From Rhodothermales bacterium (lineage in GTDB: Bacteria; Bacteroidota; Rhodothermia; Rhodothermales; JABDKH01), in assembly GCA_013002165.1 (NCBI GenBank), contig JABDKO010000076.1:8-64007 (forward strand): a stretch of 64,000 nucleotides of DNA, written 5' to 3'. The notes under the pieces are model-generated. The model did not search any database. It was not told where the DNA came from and saw only the letters and a program-made list of their open reading frames with translations. How positions within the stretch are numbered: the stretch's first letter is position 1; each line of letters opens with the position of its first letter. Below, in pieces: positions 1-10,436 of the stretch. Position numbers and translations under genes: made by a program.

Positions 1-3000
1 AATGTCGGCTAGTTTACCCTCCGCGATGGATCCAATATCTCCATCCAATCCAAGGTACTCGGCGCCCGACAATGTTGCAGAGCGTAACGCCTCGTGGTTG
101 GTCATACCTCCCTGAGCAAACATCCACAGCTCCCAGTGCGCCGCGAGGCCTTGACGCTGGCCGTGAGCACCGAGTTGAACTTTGCCACCCCGGTCGACCA
201 GCGCTTTCGCGGAGCGGGCGACCTCAATATGGAAGTATTCGTCTTCTGGAATCAGCGTTCTCCTTCGGGACGCAGCAAGCAATGGTGCCGGTGGATGAAA
301 GCGAAGTAGTCGCTCCTGCTCCCAGACATTTGAGGTCTGGTACCAGAATGCCTCACCTGACGGACCCGCGTAATTCACGACCAATGTGGGGGTGTATCCA
401 ACAGGATTTTCCTGCCACACCGACAACACATCGTTATAGAGTGGCGCAACGGGCACGTTGTGTTCGATGCCTGTGTGGCCGTCGATAATCATAGTCATGT
501 TTGCAAAAAAGGTCGAGCCGCCCTCAGGAACGACCATCATTTCATGTTCACGCGCGGCTTGGAGAATTTGCTGTCTTTGGTCGCGCCTGGGTTGATTATA
601 GCTCTTGACTGAGAAGGCGCCCACGGCTTTCATGCGCCTCACATGGGATCTGGCGTCCTCAAGGTTATTCACGACTGCCTTGAAGTCACCGTCCGCTCCA
701 TACAGGATCGTGCCCGTAGAAAAAATTCGGGGACCGACCAGTTTGCCAGCTTTTACCAATTCGGACTGGGAAAAGACGAAGGCAGTCGTAGCAGACGGGT
801 CATGAGCAGTCGTTACACCATAAGCAAGGTTGGCGTAGTACGGCCAGTTCTGCTGCGCCGATGGACCACTGCCGAAATGACTGACGTGGGCATGAGCATC
901 GACCAATCCCGGCATAATGGTCTTTCCAGTCGCATCAACTACATAGGCTCCTTCTGGTACTGAAGTAGTAGCAGCGCGTCCTACGGTTTCAATCCTGTTA
1001 CCACGAACAACGAGTGTCCCATCTTCTATAACCTCGTCGCCGTCCATCGTAATTATTCGTGCATTCGTGAACGCAATTCTCCCGGATGGGATGTCCGTGG
1101 CGATCGTCAGACCAACCGGTACTCCAGTTGAATCAACCACCGGCAATGAATCCGGTGCTCCATCTACGAAGGCGAAGCTATCTTTCAGATCTCGGCTGAA
1201 ATACTCGGGTCCAAGCATCCAGTGTAACGATTGACTATCGCCGGACCAGTGGATGTATGTACCGGCGTCGCGGGAAACCTGCTTGACAGGAACTGCTTTC
1301 GTATCCTTGTCCAACGTGACGGCAGTGCCCGTTTTAGGGAACGGTGCGATGTACGCATTGTGGAGCTCGGTGAAAGCGATCCATTCGAAATCGGGCGATG
1401 GCACAATTGCATTGACGTATTTCAGATCGAAGTGAATACGCTCGTCACCGCCATCCCTGCGTACGCTTTGATACTTCTTGGCTAATCCTCCGCCGGACAT
1501 GAAATAAATTCTATTGCCATCGGGGTCAAACCGTGCGTCCCTACCGTCATTCCGCACAAGGGTGGGTTTCCCTCCTGAAGACTGCATCGTATAAATACCG
1601 ATGTCGGTGCCATATGCGTTACCAAGCAGCGATGACCCCGAAACTCGTCTATACACGATCGTCGTACCATCAGGCGAGAAACGAGGACTTCGAAAATGAC
1701 CTTTGCGCTGGTTCAGTTTAACGGGTGTGCCGCCCGACGCAGGAATCCTGGATATCCCGCCAAGGTTTTCATCGTCCCACGTGGTATAGACAATCCATTT
1801 GCCATCGCTACTGAACGAGGGTTCATATTCGAAGTGTGAATCGCCGGTCAATCGTTGCGGCTTGCCGTCGGGAAGCGACTTTTTCCACAAGTGCCCGACT
1901 GCGTGAAATACCAGCATATTTCCGTCCGGTGATGTCACAGCATCACGGATCATCCTGGCTTCGAAAGTAGGTGTACTCACAGTCTTGGCGAAGCGAACTG
2001 CATCGGTGATAGTCAACTGTACGTCAGCCTCGAAGGGGATGCTGGCTACAGTTCCCGAGCCGACATTTATTCGATGAATACCGCCGCCGGCCGACAGGAT
2101 GATGTCGCTGGAATTTGGTGTCCATGCAAAATTTGGATAAACACCGAAAATTGCCCAGGCTTCCTGCTGGTCATGATCGAGTCCGTCGTACACTGGTCTT
2201 ACCAGACCCGACTCGATATCGTAGACGTGAAGAACAGATTTGGATGCTACACGTCGAACGAAGGCGATACTTTTTCCATCCGGTGACGGGACAGGTCGCA
2301 CCGAACCACCGTTTCCGGTAATCAGATTTACAATTCTTCCGGATTCGCGATCAAGCCGCTTGATCACATAGATCTGCCCGTTAGGATCCTTATTGTACTG
2401 GAACGTGCTTCCGCCGCTTACGTCCTCACTGAAGTAGACATAGCGATCGTCCGGGCTTAGAGCGATCTCGTTTCCCTGATCCTGCTGATCGTTTTTGCGC
2501 TTGGTCAACTGCAAGCCTGCACCGCCGGAGACATGGTACATCCACACTTCGCCAGCACCTAGAGAGCGCGTTGAGGTGAAGTGTTTCCGTCCCAGGAGAT
2601 AGCTTCCATCACGCGTCCAGGCAGGGCCATTCACGAGTCGAAATTTTTCATCAGTAACCTGTACCGGATCGCTGCCATCAGTACCTATGATCCAGAGATT
2701 GTCACCGCCGCCCCGGTCGCTGGTAAAAGCAATCTTGTTTCCATCCGGACTGAATCGAGGTTGAACGTCATAGGCTGGGCCGCTGGTCAGGCGCCTGGCA
2801 GTTCCGCCGCCGATCGGCAGTAGATACAGGTCACCCATCAAATCGAAGAGAATAGTCTGTCCATCAGGACTAACGTCGACGCTCATCCAGGTGCCTTCAC
2901 TGGTCGCGAACGTGACGTCCTTTGTCGGGCCATGCGCTGCGGTAACATCCCACTTGGTAGAGTCCTGTGCATATGACGTACTACAGGCAGTAACGAGGGC

Positions 3001-3027
3001 AAACGCGACTATTAAAACACGAGTCAT
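1..3027 (-). CDS. Secreted amidohydrolase with N-terminal TolB/PD40-like beta-propeller repeats (3' end runs off the window)
   Basis: Missing from the ORF track because it has no stop in the window. Manual translation from ATG 3027 gives signal peptide MTRVLIVAFALVTAC, then EGTWMSVDVSPDG and QPRFSPDG (PD40-type repeats), MPGLVDAHAH (metal-binding HxH), GAHGQ...HWELW and GSIAEGKLADI at the window edge. Confidence 0.9.
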   Translation of the reverse strand, partial: MTRVLIVAFALVTACSTSYAQDSTKWDVTAAHGPTKDVTFATSEGTWMSVDVSPDGQTILFDLMGDLYLLPIGGGTARRLTSGPAYDVQPRFSPDGNKIAFTSDRGGGDNLWIIGTDGSDPVQVTDEKFRLVNGPAWTRDGSYLLGRKHFTSTRSLGAGEVWMYHVSGGAGLQLTKRKNDQQDQGNEIALSPDDRYVYFSEDVSGGSTFQYNKDPNGQIYVIKRLDRESGRIVNLITGNGGSVRPVPSPDGKSIAFVRRVASKSVLHVYDIESGLVRPVYDGLDHDQQEAWAIFGVYPNFAWTPNSSDIILSAGGGIHRINVGSGTVASIPFEADVQLTITDAVRFAKTVSTPTFEARMIRDAVTSPDGNMLVFHAVGHLWKKSLPDGKPQRLTGDSHFEYEPSFSSDGKWIVYTTWDDENLGGISRIPASGGTPVKLNQRKGHFRSPRFSPDGTTIVYRRVSGSSLLGNAYGTDIGIYTMQSSGGKPTLVRNDGRDARFDPDGNRIYFMSGGGLAKKYQSVRRDGGDERIHFDLKYVNAIVPSPDFEWIAFTELHNAYIAPFPKTGTAVTLDKDTKAVPVKQVSRDAGTYIHWSGDSQSLHWMLGPEYFSRDLKDSFAFVDGAPDSLPVVDSTGVPVGLTIATDIPSGRIAFTNARIITMDGDEVIEDGTLVVRGNRIETVGRAATTSVPEGAYVVDATGKTIMPGLVDAHAHVSHFGSGPSAQQNWPYYANLAYGVTTAHDPSATTAFVFSQSELVKAGKLVGPRIFSTGTILYGADGDFKAVVNNLEDARSHVRRMKAVGAFSVKSYNQPRRDQRQQILQAAREHEMMVVPEGGSTFFANMTMIIDGHTGIEHNVPVAPLYNDVLSVWQENPVGYTPTLVVNYAGPSGEAFWYQTSNVWEQERLLRFHPPAPLLAASRRRTLIPEDEYFHIEVARSAKALVDRGGKVQLGAHGQRQGLAAHWELWMFAQGGMTNHEALRSATLSGAEYLGLDGDIGSIAEGKLADI

Positions 3028-3240
3028 GATGAAGTTGGGATTGAAGCAAGATGACATGGAGCAATAATATCTCTAATTCGACTCTTAACGGCAATGACGG
3101 GCCGTCATCCCACTTGTCTCGCAATGTGGATTTGCAATATCTCAATTACCGTGAATCTTGTGGTTAATTGCTTCTCGTTGGACCAATTAGCGTATCATTG
3201 TTGTTCTAATACGATTAAACAAATCGTTACTTGTGCAGGA

Positions 3241-4785
3241 ATGGATTCTGATCAAACAAAACAGTCTCGCTACGTAAAAACGGTCGATATATCGGAGCGG
3301 GCTCTGGCCACCGAACGCGCTCGATCAGCCAAGCAAGCGCTTGAGTCTTCGGGTGACGAACTTCCGGCCATTGAGCTTCCCGAGCTTCCGGAGCCGTCAC
3401 GCGATGCAGTTGCTGCGGCGGGATGGTCGTCGCTGACACCCGTACAACAGCAGGCAATACCGTACATGCTGGAGGGGCGGGACCTGATCGTTCAAGCGCG
3501 AACCGGATCCGGCAAGACCGGAGCGTTCATGCTTCCAATGTTCAGTCTTCTCGATCCGGAGTACCGGGCAGTTCAGGCGCTCGTCCTTGCCCCAACACGT
3601 GAACTCGCGAGGCAGGTGAACGAAGAGTTTTGTCGCATGGCCGGCGATGAGGAGTATACAAGTTTTCGCTCGGCGCTGGTCCACGGAGGAGTTCGCTATG
3701 GTCCTCAGGTTAGCGCGATCAAAGATGGAGCCCAGATCGTTGTCGGAACGCCGGGACGAATAATTGATCTGCTCGAACAACGAAAACTCGACCTGTCTGT
3801 TTTGAAGGTTCTTGTCCTTGACGAAGCCGATGAGATGCTTTCGATGGGTTTCTATCCTGCGATGCGGGAGATCAAGAAGTACGTGCCCGATGTACGCCAG
3901 TCCGTAATGTTCTCGGCGACGATGCCGGTCAAAGTGCAGAACCTGGCCCGGTTGTTCCTCACCGAACCATCGTTCCTCGGGTTGAGTACCGGCGACGAAT
4001 CAGTGGATACCAGCGAACACCGGTACTACCTCGTCGAACCCATGAAAAGAGACCGCGCTCTTGTATCCATTATGGAGATGGATAATCCGGACTCTGCAAT
4101 AATCTTCGCGAATACGAAAAAGGATGTCGAATACCTTACGGCGTTTCTGAAAAACTACGGTCATGATTGCGACGGAATCTCCGGGGATCTGTCGCAGCGC
4201 GACCGGGACTCTGTTCTGAATCGTCTGAAATCGGGTGACCTCCGGTTCCTCGTAGCCACCGATGTCGCGGCAAGGGGTATCGACGTTTCGGACCTCGATT
4301 ATGTTTTTATGTACGATGTCCCGCAAAATCCGGAGTACTACATACATCGTTCCGGGCGCACGGCCAGAGCTGGAAAGAGTGGCACGATCGTCGTGATTGC
4401 AACGCAGCTTGAGCACAACGCGCTGAAGTCCATCGCCAAGAGATACGGTGTCACACTTGAGAATAGAGAATTACCCACGAAGGAAATGATCGAAGAAAAA
4501 GTATCCGAAAGAATCACGGTTCTGCTCGAAGAGGCCTACCGAAAGAAAACCGGTGTGCAGCGGGAACGCCTGCAGCGATTCATGACTCTCACCGAGGAAC
4601 TAGCCGAAGAGGAGCCAGAGATTCTAGCTATGCTTGTAGATAAATTCTACCATGAAAGCATGCACGGCAAGCGTGACAACCCGGTCGAAAGGGGTTCATC
4701 CAGCAACGAAGGTTCTGACCACAAAAGCGAAACGAGCGGCCGAAAGGGTAGTGGTAAGGGCGGCGGCAAGCGACGCTCACGGTAG
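3241..4785 (+). CDS. DEAD-box ATP-dependent RNA helicase
   Basis: Q motif TPVQQQAIP, ARTGSGKT, PTRELA, TPGR, DEAD, SAT, ARGID and HRSGRTAR, with a basic C-terminal tail. ATG 3241 preferred over the track start at 3094. Confidence 0.93.
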   Translation: MDSDQTKQSRYVKTVDISERALATERARSAKQALESSGDELPAIELPELPEPSRDAVAAAGWSSLTPVQQQAIPYMLEGRDLIVQARTGSGKTGAFMLPMFSLLDPEYRAVQALVLAPTRELARQVNEEFCRMAGDEEYTSFRSALVHGGVRYGPQVSAIKDGAQIVVGTPGRIIDLLEQRKLDLSVLKVLVLDEADEMLSMGFYPAMREIKKYVPDVRQSVMFSATMPVKVQNLARLFLTEPSFLGLSTGDESVDTSEHRYYLVEPMKRDRALVSIMEMDNPDSAIIFANTKKDVEYLTAFLKNYGHDCDGISGDLSQRDRDSVLNRLKSGDLRFLVATDVAARGIDVSDLDYVFMYDVPQNPEYYIHRSGRTARAGKSGTIVVIATQLEHNALKSIAKRYGVTLENRELPTKEMIEEKVSERITVLLEEAYRKKTGVQRERLQRFMTLTEELAEEEPEILAMLVDKFYHESMHGKRDNPVERGSSSNEGSDHKSETSGRKGSGKGGGKRRSR

Positions 4786-4807
4786 CGAATTACTTTACGT
4801 GACTGCG

Positions 4808-6361
4808 TTATAGGTCAAGAACGTCGCTTCCCCGGATAGGTATCCGTATACCAAAGCTCATCAGCCCGGAGAACCTCGAGTCGGTGGCTCCCTCAATATG
4901 CCCCGCATTGCCGACCGAATTCATCCCGGCATCCACCGAGATCCACCAGTATCGGTTCGGTTGAAATTCCACAACAAGCGAGGCTCGCCTGGTTGTTTCA
5001 ACAATACCTGACAGAAGCGTCTCTACATTGTCTCCCGATTTTGGAAACGTAGCGGTGATCCGCTGTTCGCCTTGCTTCAGCAGATGCAGACGTGGCGATA
5101 CCACCAGTCCCGGAAGGACTGAGTCGGCGAACCAGTTTAACTCTGCGGAAATGTGTGCGAAGTCATTGTATTGCAGCGCCAGGCCACGGAGAAGGTAAAC
5201 GTATTGTCCCTCTGGCTGGTGGGTATTGTAGGTGCGCGATGCGACAACCGTGGAGCTAAGCCCGATGTCCAGAGGTCGAGCCCGAAACGCGTGCCGAAGG
5301 TAAGCTGTGCCCGCCACAGACGTTCGTTCACTGCCAAGGTTCAGGACATCAAGATCGTCCATTATAACCTGTGAATGAATTGTTGTGGTGCCGATGCGCG
5401 CCCACAACATCAGCCCGAGTAACGCATTGTTCTCGTCGTTCTTTGGAACGTTGTCGTTTTCCAGTCCGACAGCAGTGAACGGATTCAGAAATCGCAGCGA
5501 GAAACCGGTGCTGGCTCCGGAAATCAGAATCGACTCCATTATCGATAACGTCAAATTCTCATTTGGTCGAATATCGAAGCGATGGGCAAACAGGAATCTT
5601 CGTTCGAGGCCGGAGCTGACAGAATCTGCACCGGCAGTCCCCGTGAATCGGCCGTCGCCGGTGATAGCATCCAACTCTGCGTAGAAGGATCGAAAGGAAT
5701 ATTTTGACCCGCCGAATCGCAGATTGATTTGATCATATGCTCTTGCGTTGTTGCTGACTGCCAGACCGTTCTGAGCTGCCGTACCCCAGTGATTCGAGAA
5801 ACGGCCCAGATATATTGCAACCGGATCCATCTGAAATCCGAGGTACCCGTTTTCTGCTCTACTCTGTGCTCTGAGCGCCGAGTCGAGCCCGTCCGGATCA
5901 CGGTCGTAGTAACCGTCATGAACCAGTCCAACCTGACCCACCCACCGTCCTCGTACAGCCGCTGCCTTGACATAAAGTCGTTGGAAAGCTTCAAGGTCGT
6001 CGTCAACGGGACGCACGACATCCAGCCGCTTCGAGTTTGTAAGATTCAGGCCACCGCCAGCTTCACCAAAGAGGAGTACATGATCTTCGGGAACCGAATC
6101 TTTGGAATCATCAAGTATTAGCGACAGCCATCGCCTTTCGGCCGGGCTCAATGCATTCGAATCCACAGATTCAGCTGCTGCAGCGACCTCTCCGTATGTG
6201 TATGGAAGCGCTGTCGGGTTGAGGTCCAGCAGATGACCGCGCTCCTGGAGCCGCTGAATATGCGTGTATCTGTGGTCATCCAGATCCAGAATTCTATGAT
6301 CCTGGCCTGAAACCGCAGTATTGAAGAAGAAAAGAGATAAAAGGAGTAGTTTTCGAAACAT
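4808..6361 (-). CDS. Capsule assembly Wzi-family outer-membrane protein
   Basis: Signal peptide MFRKLLLLSLFFFNTAVSG; motifs WG...LAVSNNARAYD, AHRFDIRP, SIMESILI, FLNPF and DENNALLG typical of FCB-group Wzi-like barrels; divergent from a sugar transferase. Confidence 0.7.
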   Translation of the reverse strand: MFRKLLLLSLFFFNTAVSGQDHRILDLDDHRYTHIQRLQERGHLLDLNPTALPYTYGEVAAAAESVDSNALSPAERRWLSLILDDSKDSVPEDHVLLFGEAGGGLNLTNSKRLDVVRPVDDDLEAFQRLYVKAAAVRGRWVGQVGLVHDGYYDRDPDGLDSALRAQSRAENGYLGFQMDPVAIYLGRFSNHWGTAAQNGLAVSNNARAYDQINLRFGGSKYSFRSFYAELDAITGDGRFTGTAGADSVSSGLERRFLFAHRFDIRPNENLTLSIMESILISGASTGFSLRFLNPFTAVGLENDNVPKNDENNALLGLMLWARIGTTTIHSQVIMDDLDVLNLGSERTSVAGTAYLRHAFRARPLDIGLSSTVVASRTYNTHQPEGQYVYLLRGLALQYNDFAHISAELNWFADSVLPGLVVSPRLHLLKQGEQRITATFPKSGDNVETLLSGIVETTRRASLVVEFQPNRYWWISVDAGMNSVGNAGHIEGATDSRFSGLMSFGIRIPIRGSDVLDL

Positions 6362-6501
6362 GCTCGCGAGGCGATATTTCAAGGCAGGTAGATTGGAGCA
6401 CGGATATTCTTGCCCGAAGATAGGCCAACAGGCTGAAATCGGCGGGACTTTCTCAGTTTGTATCATCAACTTTCAGTTATCAAGACCACTGGCCGAATCT
6501 G

Positions 6502-7953
6502 GTGTCCCGAAGGACTGAACTCATATTCTTGCTTCTTGTAGACGCGGTTGCCCTCGTTGTCGCATACTTTCTGCAGTTCAAAGCCAGATTCCAATGGCAA
6601 TGGTTTGGTAGTCCTGAAGCATATCCAGCCGTGATCTGGGCGGCAGCCATCACCATGGCTGCATTCTGGCTCGTTCTGTTTTTCTTTTTCGGACAGTATC
6701 GAGAGAGATTCGCCGACAGCCGTTTCGACGAGCTCGTGTCTCTTCTGAAAATCGTCACCATTGGAATTCTCATTCTTGTCTTCGCGAAATACCTGGATGC
6801 CCTGAGTCCGGGAAGCACGCGGCTTGCGATTCTGTTCTACTGGATGTCGGTTTTCAGCTGTGTGGCAGCGGGTCGAGTGGGTGTCCGGTCGGTTCAAAAG
6901 GCACTCCTTCTCCGCGGATACGGTACACACAAAACGCTCATCATCGGCTGGAGCGATCGTGTAGAACAGATTTATGCGGAAGTAGGATCCTACCCTGAAG
7001 CGGGCTTCGATATAGTAGGCGCCATTCGGTTGGAGCGACCCAACAGAGATGAATCCGATTTCGGAGACTTTCACGGGGAGATCGAACCAGCAGTCGGCGT
7101 ATATGTTGAGCCTGCTCCACCGCAGGTGTCGTTGGACTCGATAGCAACATTGCCTTCTGTGATTGACGACCTTGGTGTTCAGGATGTACTTATCGCACTG
7201 GGCCCTGACGACCACGAACGTCTGATGGAAGTTCTTCGATTGTGCGACGGCAAACCTGTCAAGCTGAAATTGGTACCCGACTTCTATGATATCATCGGAG
7301 GGATGTCTCGTACGGAGCATATGTATGGAATTCCGTTAATCGAGGTGCTCCCGATTCCGATGCCGGCATGGGAGGAGACCACAAAGCGAGGCCTGGACAT
7401 AGGTGCATCCATTCTTGTGCTCGGCCTCGGCTTCCCGCTGTGGGCTTTCATTTCTATACTTATCAAGATGACGTCTCCGGGTCCGATAATCTATAAACAG
7501 GAACGAGTCGGGCAATACGGGCGCACGTTTACTATGTTGAAATTCAGGACTATGAGCAATGACGCGGAAGCAGAAACTGGTCCCGTATGGGCAGTTGAAA
7601 ATGATCCCCGCCATACCCGCGTCGGTCGATGGTTACGACGTACTCGTGTAGACGAGATTCCGCAATTCGTAAATGTGCTAAAGGGTGAAATGAGCCTGGT
7701 AGGACCGAGACCGGAACGCCCGTTCTTCGTTGAAGAATTGTCTCAAGAAATTCCACTGTATAACCGGCGTCACCGTGTGAAACCTGGTATAACCGGTTGG
7801 GCTCAGGTTAAATGGAAATATGATGCAAGCCTCGCCGATGTTAGGCAGAAGGTCAAATATGATCTATTTTACATCGAGAACATGAGCCTGCGGATGGATT
7901 TCAAGATTCTTTTCAGAACCCTTAGAACTTCGGTCACCGCGCAGGGTCGATAG
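6502..7953 (+). CDS. Undecaprenyl-phosphate sugar phosphotransferase (WcaJ/WbaP family)
   Basis: N-terminal TM helices and a C-terminal Bac_transf domain with KRGLD, KFRTM, DEIPQFVNVLKGEMSLVGPRPE, KPGITGWAQV and DLFYIEN. Confidence 0.92.
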   Translation: MSRRTELIFLLLVDAVALVVAYFLQFKARFQWQWFGSPEAYPAVIWAAAITMAAFWLVLFFFFGQYRERFADSRFDELVSLLKIVTIGILILVFAKYLDALSPGSTRLAILFYWMSVFSCVAAGRVGVRSVQKALLLRGYGTHKTLIIGWSDRVEQIYAEVGSYPEAGFDIVGAIRLERPNRDESDFGDFHGEIEPAVGVYVEPAPPQVSLDSIATLPSVIDDLGVQDVLIALGPDDHERLMEVLRLCDGKPVKLKLVPDFYDIIGGMSRTEHMYGIPLIEVLPIPMPAWEETTKRGLDIGASILVLGLGFPLWAFISILIKMTSPGPIIYKQERVGQYGRTFTMLKFRTMSNDAEAETGPVWAVENDPRHTRVGRWLRRTRVDEIPQFVNVLKGEMSLVGPRPERPFFVEELSQEIPLYNRRHRVKPGITGWAQVKWKYDASLADVRQKVKYDLFYIENMSLRMDFKILFRTLRTSVTAQGR

Positions 7954-7981
7954 CATTTCCGCAGGAAAACACGCCACTCCA

Positions 7982-9952
7982 TTGATCACAGAAAAGCCGG
8001 ACGTAAAGGCAATTTATCGATCCTTGCTGTTGCCTCGTGCAATCGAAGACAAGATGCTGAGGCTCATCCGCCAGAACCGGATTTCGAAATGGTTTAGCGG
8101 CTACGGGCAGGAAGCAATTGCGGTGGGGTGCGCCCTGGCTCTGCGCAGCGATGACTACATCCTGCCCACGCACCGTAACCTTGGTGTTTGGACAACAAGG
8201 GGTGTCCCGCTCAAACCTCTATTCTGTCAGTTGATGGGAAAAGATGGCGGGTATACCAAGGGCCGAGATCGCACATTCCATTTTGGACTGCCGGACAAGC
8301 GGATCATTGGAATGATCTCACACATGGCAGCAATGCTGCCGGTAGCATGCGGCCTCGCGCAGGCAGCACAATATCGTAAAGATACATTCCTTGCCCTCGC
8401 ATTCTGTGGTGACGGAGCATCTCGAGAAGGCGACTTTCACGAAGCGCTCAACCTCGCGGCGGCATGGAAACTCCCCGTGATCTTCGTTCTGGAGAACAAC
8501 GGCTACGGACTATCGACACCCACACGTGAAGCGATGGTCGTGGAGGATCTGGCCGATGCTGCGGCAGGCTACGGGCTGCCCGGGCAAATTGTAGAGGGCA
8601 ACGATATCGCAGCAGTAATGGATGCGGTCGGGCTCGCGGCAGAACGGGCCCGTTCAGGAAAAGGCCCGACTCTGCTTGAAATGAAAACGTTTAGAGTACG
8701 CGGGCATGAAGAAGCATCCGGCACCAAATACGTCGCCGCCGATCTCATAGAAGAGTGGTCAAAGAAAGATCCTGTTGCTCTCTTCAGCGACAAACTGCTC
8801 AGCGAAGGAGACATGACTCGGGACGAAATGGACCAGGTCAGATCCGAACTGGATGCCATGGTAGACGACGCTGCAGAGTACGCTCTCAGTCAACCAATGG
8901 TGGCATCCTCGGCGGTGAACGAGTTGGGGGATGTCTTCTCAAAGGCGCCGTCAATTGTGGACCGCAGGTCGCCCGAGACGACGGAAATGAGATTCATCGA
9001 TGCGATTACGGATGGTCTGCGACTTGCTATGCAAGAAGATGACAGAATTGTAACCATGGGTCAGGACATCGCTGGCTATGGCGGTGTATTCAAGGTTACC
9101 CAGGGTTTTTCAGAGGAGTTTGGACCGGACCGGGTCAGAAATACGCCGATAATCGAAAGTGGGATTGTTGGTGCTGCGCTGGGTCTGGCTATTGAAGGTC
9201 TGGTACCGGTCGTCGAAATGCAGTACGCCGACTTCATCACATGCGCCTTCAATCAGATCGTGAATAATCTCGCGACGACTCGCTATCGATGGGGGACAGG
9301 GGTCAATGTCACAATACGCGCTCCGTTTGGCGGCAACCTCGGCGCTGGTCCGTTTCATTCACAATCCGTCGAAGCCTGGTTCTGCCACGTTCCAGGACTG
9401 AAGGTCGTCATTCCTGGATCACCGGAGGATGCGAAAGGATTGCTTTGTGCAGCTATAAAAGATCCTAATCCGGTGCTGTTTTTTGAGCACAAGTTTCTCT
9501 ACCGCGCGTTGAAAGGGCCCGTTCCGGGAGGATATTACGAGATCCCCCTGGGCAAGGCCCGCGTTGCAGCGAGAGGGGAATCAATAACAATTGTCACCTA
9601 TGGACTCGGCGTGGAGTGGGCACTGCAGGAGGCCGCAGCCAGGCTGCCATCGGGTGTTTCAATCGAGGTTATAGATCTCAGGACTCTGGTGCCGCTGGAT
9701 ATCGACGCTATAGTCACGTCTGTAAGAAAGACCGGTCGGTTGATCGTTCTTCACGAAGCCACTCTGACCGGAGGCTTCGGCGGTGAGATTATTTCCAGGG
9801 TTATCGAGGCTGCATTTGAGTACCTTGATGCGCCACCGGCTCGCGTAGCCGCAGAAGATCTTCCCGTTCCTTTTTCGATAAACCTGGAGCAAGAAATCTT
9901 CTCCGCGCGTAAAGGTCTGTCGCAAGCTATTGATAACATTATTGAGTATTAA
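7982..9952 (+). CDS. 2-oxoacid (branched-chain) dehydrogenase E1, fused alpha/beta subunit
   Basis: TPP motif GDGASREGDFHEALN...ENNGY, RGHEEA, and beta-domain GQDIAGYGGVF, NTPIIE, EMQYADF, FHSQ. TTG start. Confidence 0.92.
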   Translation: MITEKPDVKAIYRSLLLPRAIEDKMLRLIRQNRISKWFSGYGQEAIAVGCALALRSDDYILPTHRNLGVWTTRGVPLKPLFCQLMGKDGGYTKGRDRTFHFGLPDKRIIGMISHMAAMLPVACGLAQAAQYRKDTFLALAFCGDGASREGDFHEALNLAAAWKLPVIFVLENNGYGLSTPTREAMVVEDLADAAAGYGLPGQIVEGNDIAAVMDAVGLAAERARSGKGPTLLEMKTFRVRGHEEASGTKYVAADLIEEWSKKDPVALFSDKLLSEGDMTRDEMDQVRSELDAMVDDAAEYALSQPMVASSAVNELGDVFSKAPSIVDRRSPETTEMRFIDAITDGLRLAMQEDDRIVTMGQDIAGYGGVFKVTQGFSEEFGPDRVRNTPIIESGIVGAALGLAIEGLVPVVEMQYADFITCAFNQIVNNLATTRYRWGTGVNVTIRAPFGGNLGAGPFHSQSVEAWFCHVPGLKVVIPGSPEDAKGLLCAAIKDPNPVLFFEHKFLYRALKGPVPGGYYEIPLGKARVAARGESITIVTYGLGVEWALQEAAARLPSGVSIEVIDLRTLVPLDIDAIVTSVRKTGRLIVLHEATLTGGFGGEIISRVIEAAFEYLDAPPARVAAEDLPVPFSINLEQEIFSARKGLSQAIDNIIEY

Positions 9953-9966
9953 CAGAGGTCTGTACG

Positions 9967-10431
9967 ATGGTTGAAGTTGGAGAAAAGGCTCCCGCATTTT
10001 CAGGGAAGGATCAGGACGGTAACACGGTTGCGTTGAAGGATTTTTCAGGCCAGAAACTGGCAATCTATTTTTATCCGAAAGACAACACACCCGGTTGTAC
10101 CAAACAAGCATGCAACCTTCGAGATAACTGGTCGTCCTTGAAAAAACATGGTGTTGCAATCGTAGGCGTATCGGCAGACTCTGTAAAATCCCACGACAAA
10201 TTTGCAAGCAAGTACGATCTCCCTTTCCCGCTGATTTCGGATCCGGAAAAGAAAATGCTTAGCCGCTACGGAGCATGGGGCGAAAAGAATATGTACGGCA
10301 TTAAAAGAATTGGGATAAAGCGAACAACTTTTCTGGTCGACGAGAGTGGTGAAGTGGTCCACGTTATCAAGCGCCCCAAAACAGCCGATCACGCCGCAGA
10401 GATCCTGAAGAAGTTTGGACTATCAGACTAA
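9967..10431 (+). CDS. bcp: Thioredoxin-dependent thiol peroxidase (BCP/PrxQ)
   Basis: YFYPKDNTPGCTKQAC motif. Confidence 0.95.
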   Translation: MVEVGEKAPAFSGKDQDGNTVALKDFSGQKLAIYFYPKDNTPGCTKQACNLRDNWSSLKKHGVAIVGVSADSVKSHDKFASKYDLPFPLISDPEKKMLSRYGAWGEKNMYGIKRIGIKRTTFLVDESGEVVHVIKRPKTADHAAEILKKFGLSD

Positions 10432-10436
10432 GCCGC

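Noticed and set aside
72-2823. Many short + strand ORFs at the window start
   Set aside because: They are shadows of the long minus-strand amidohydrolase, which the track missed because its stop lies outside the window.
6466-7320. 284-aa minus-strand ORF
   Set aside because: Antisense to the well-supported sugar transferase, with no motifs.
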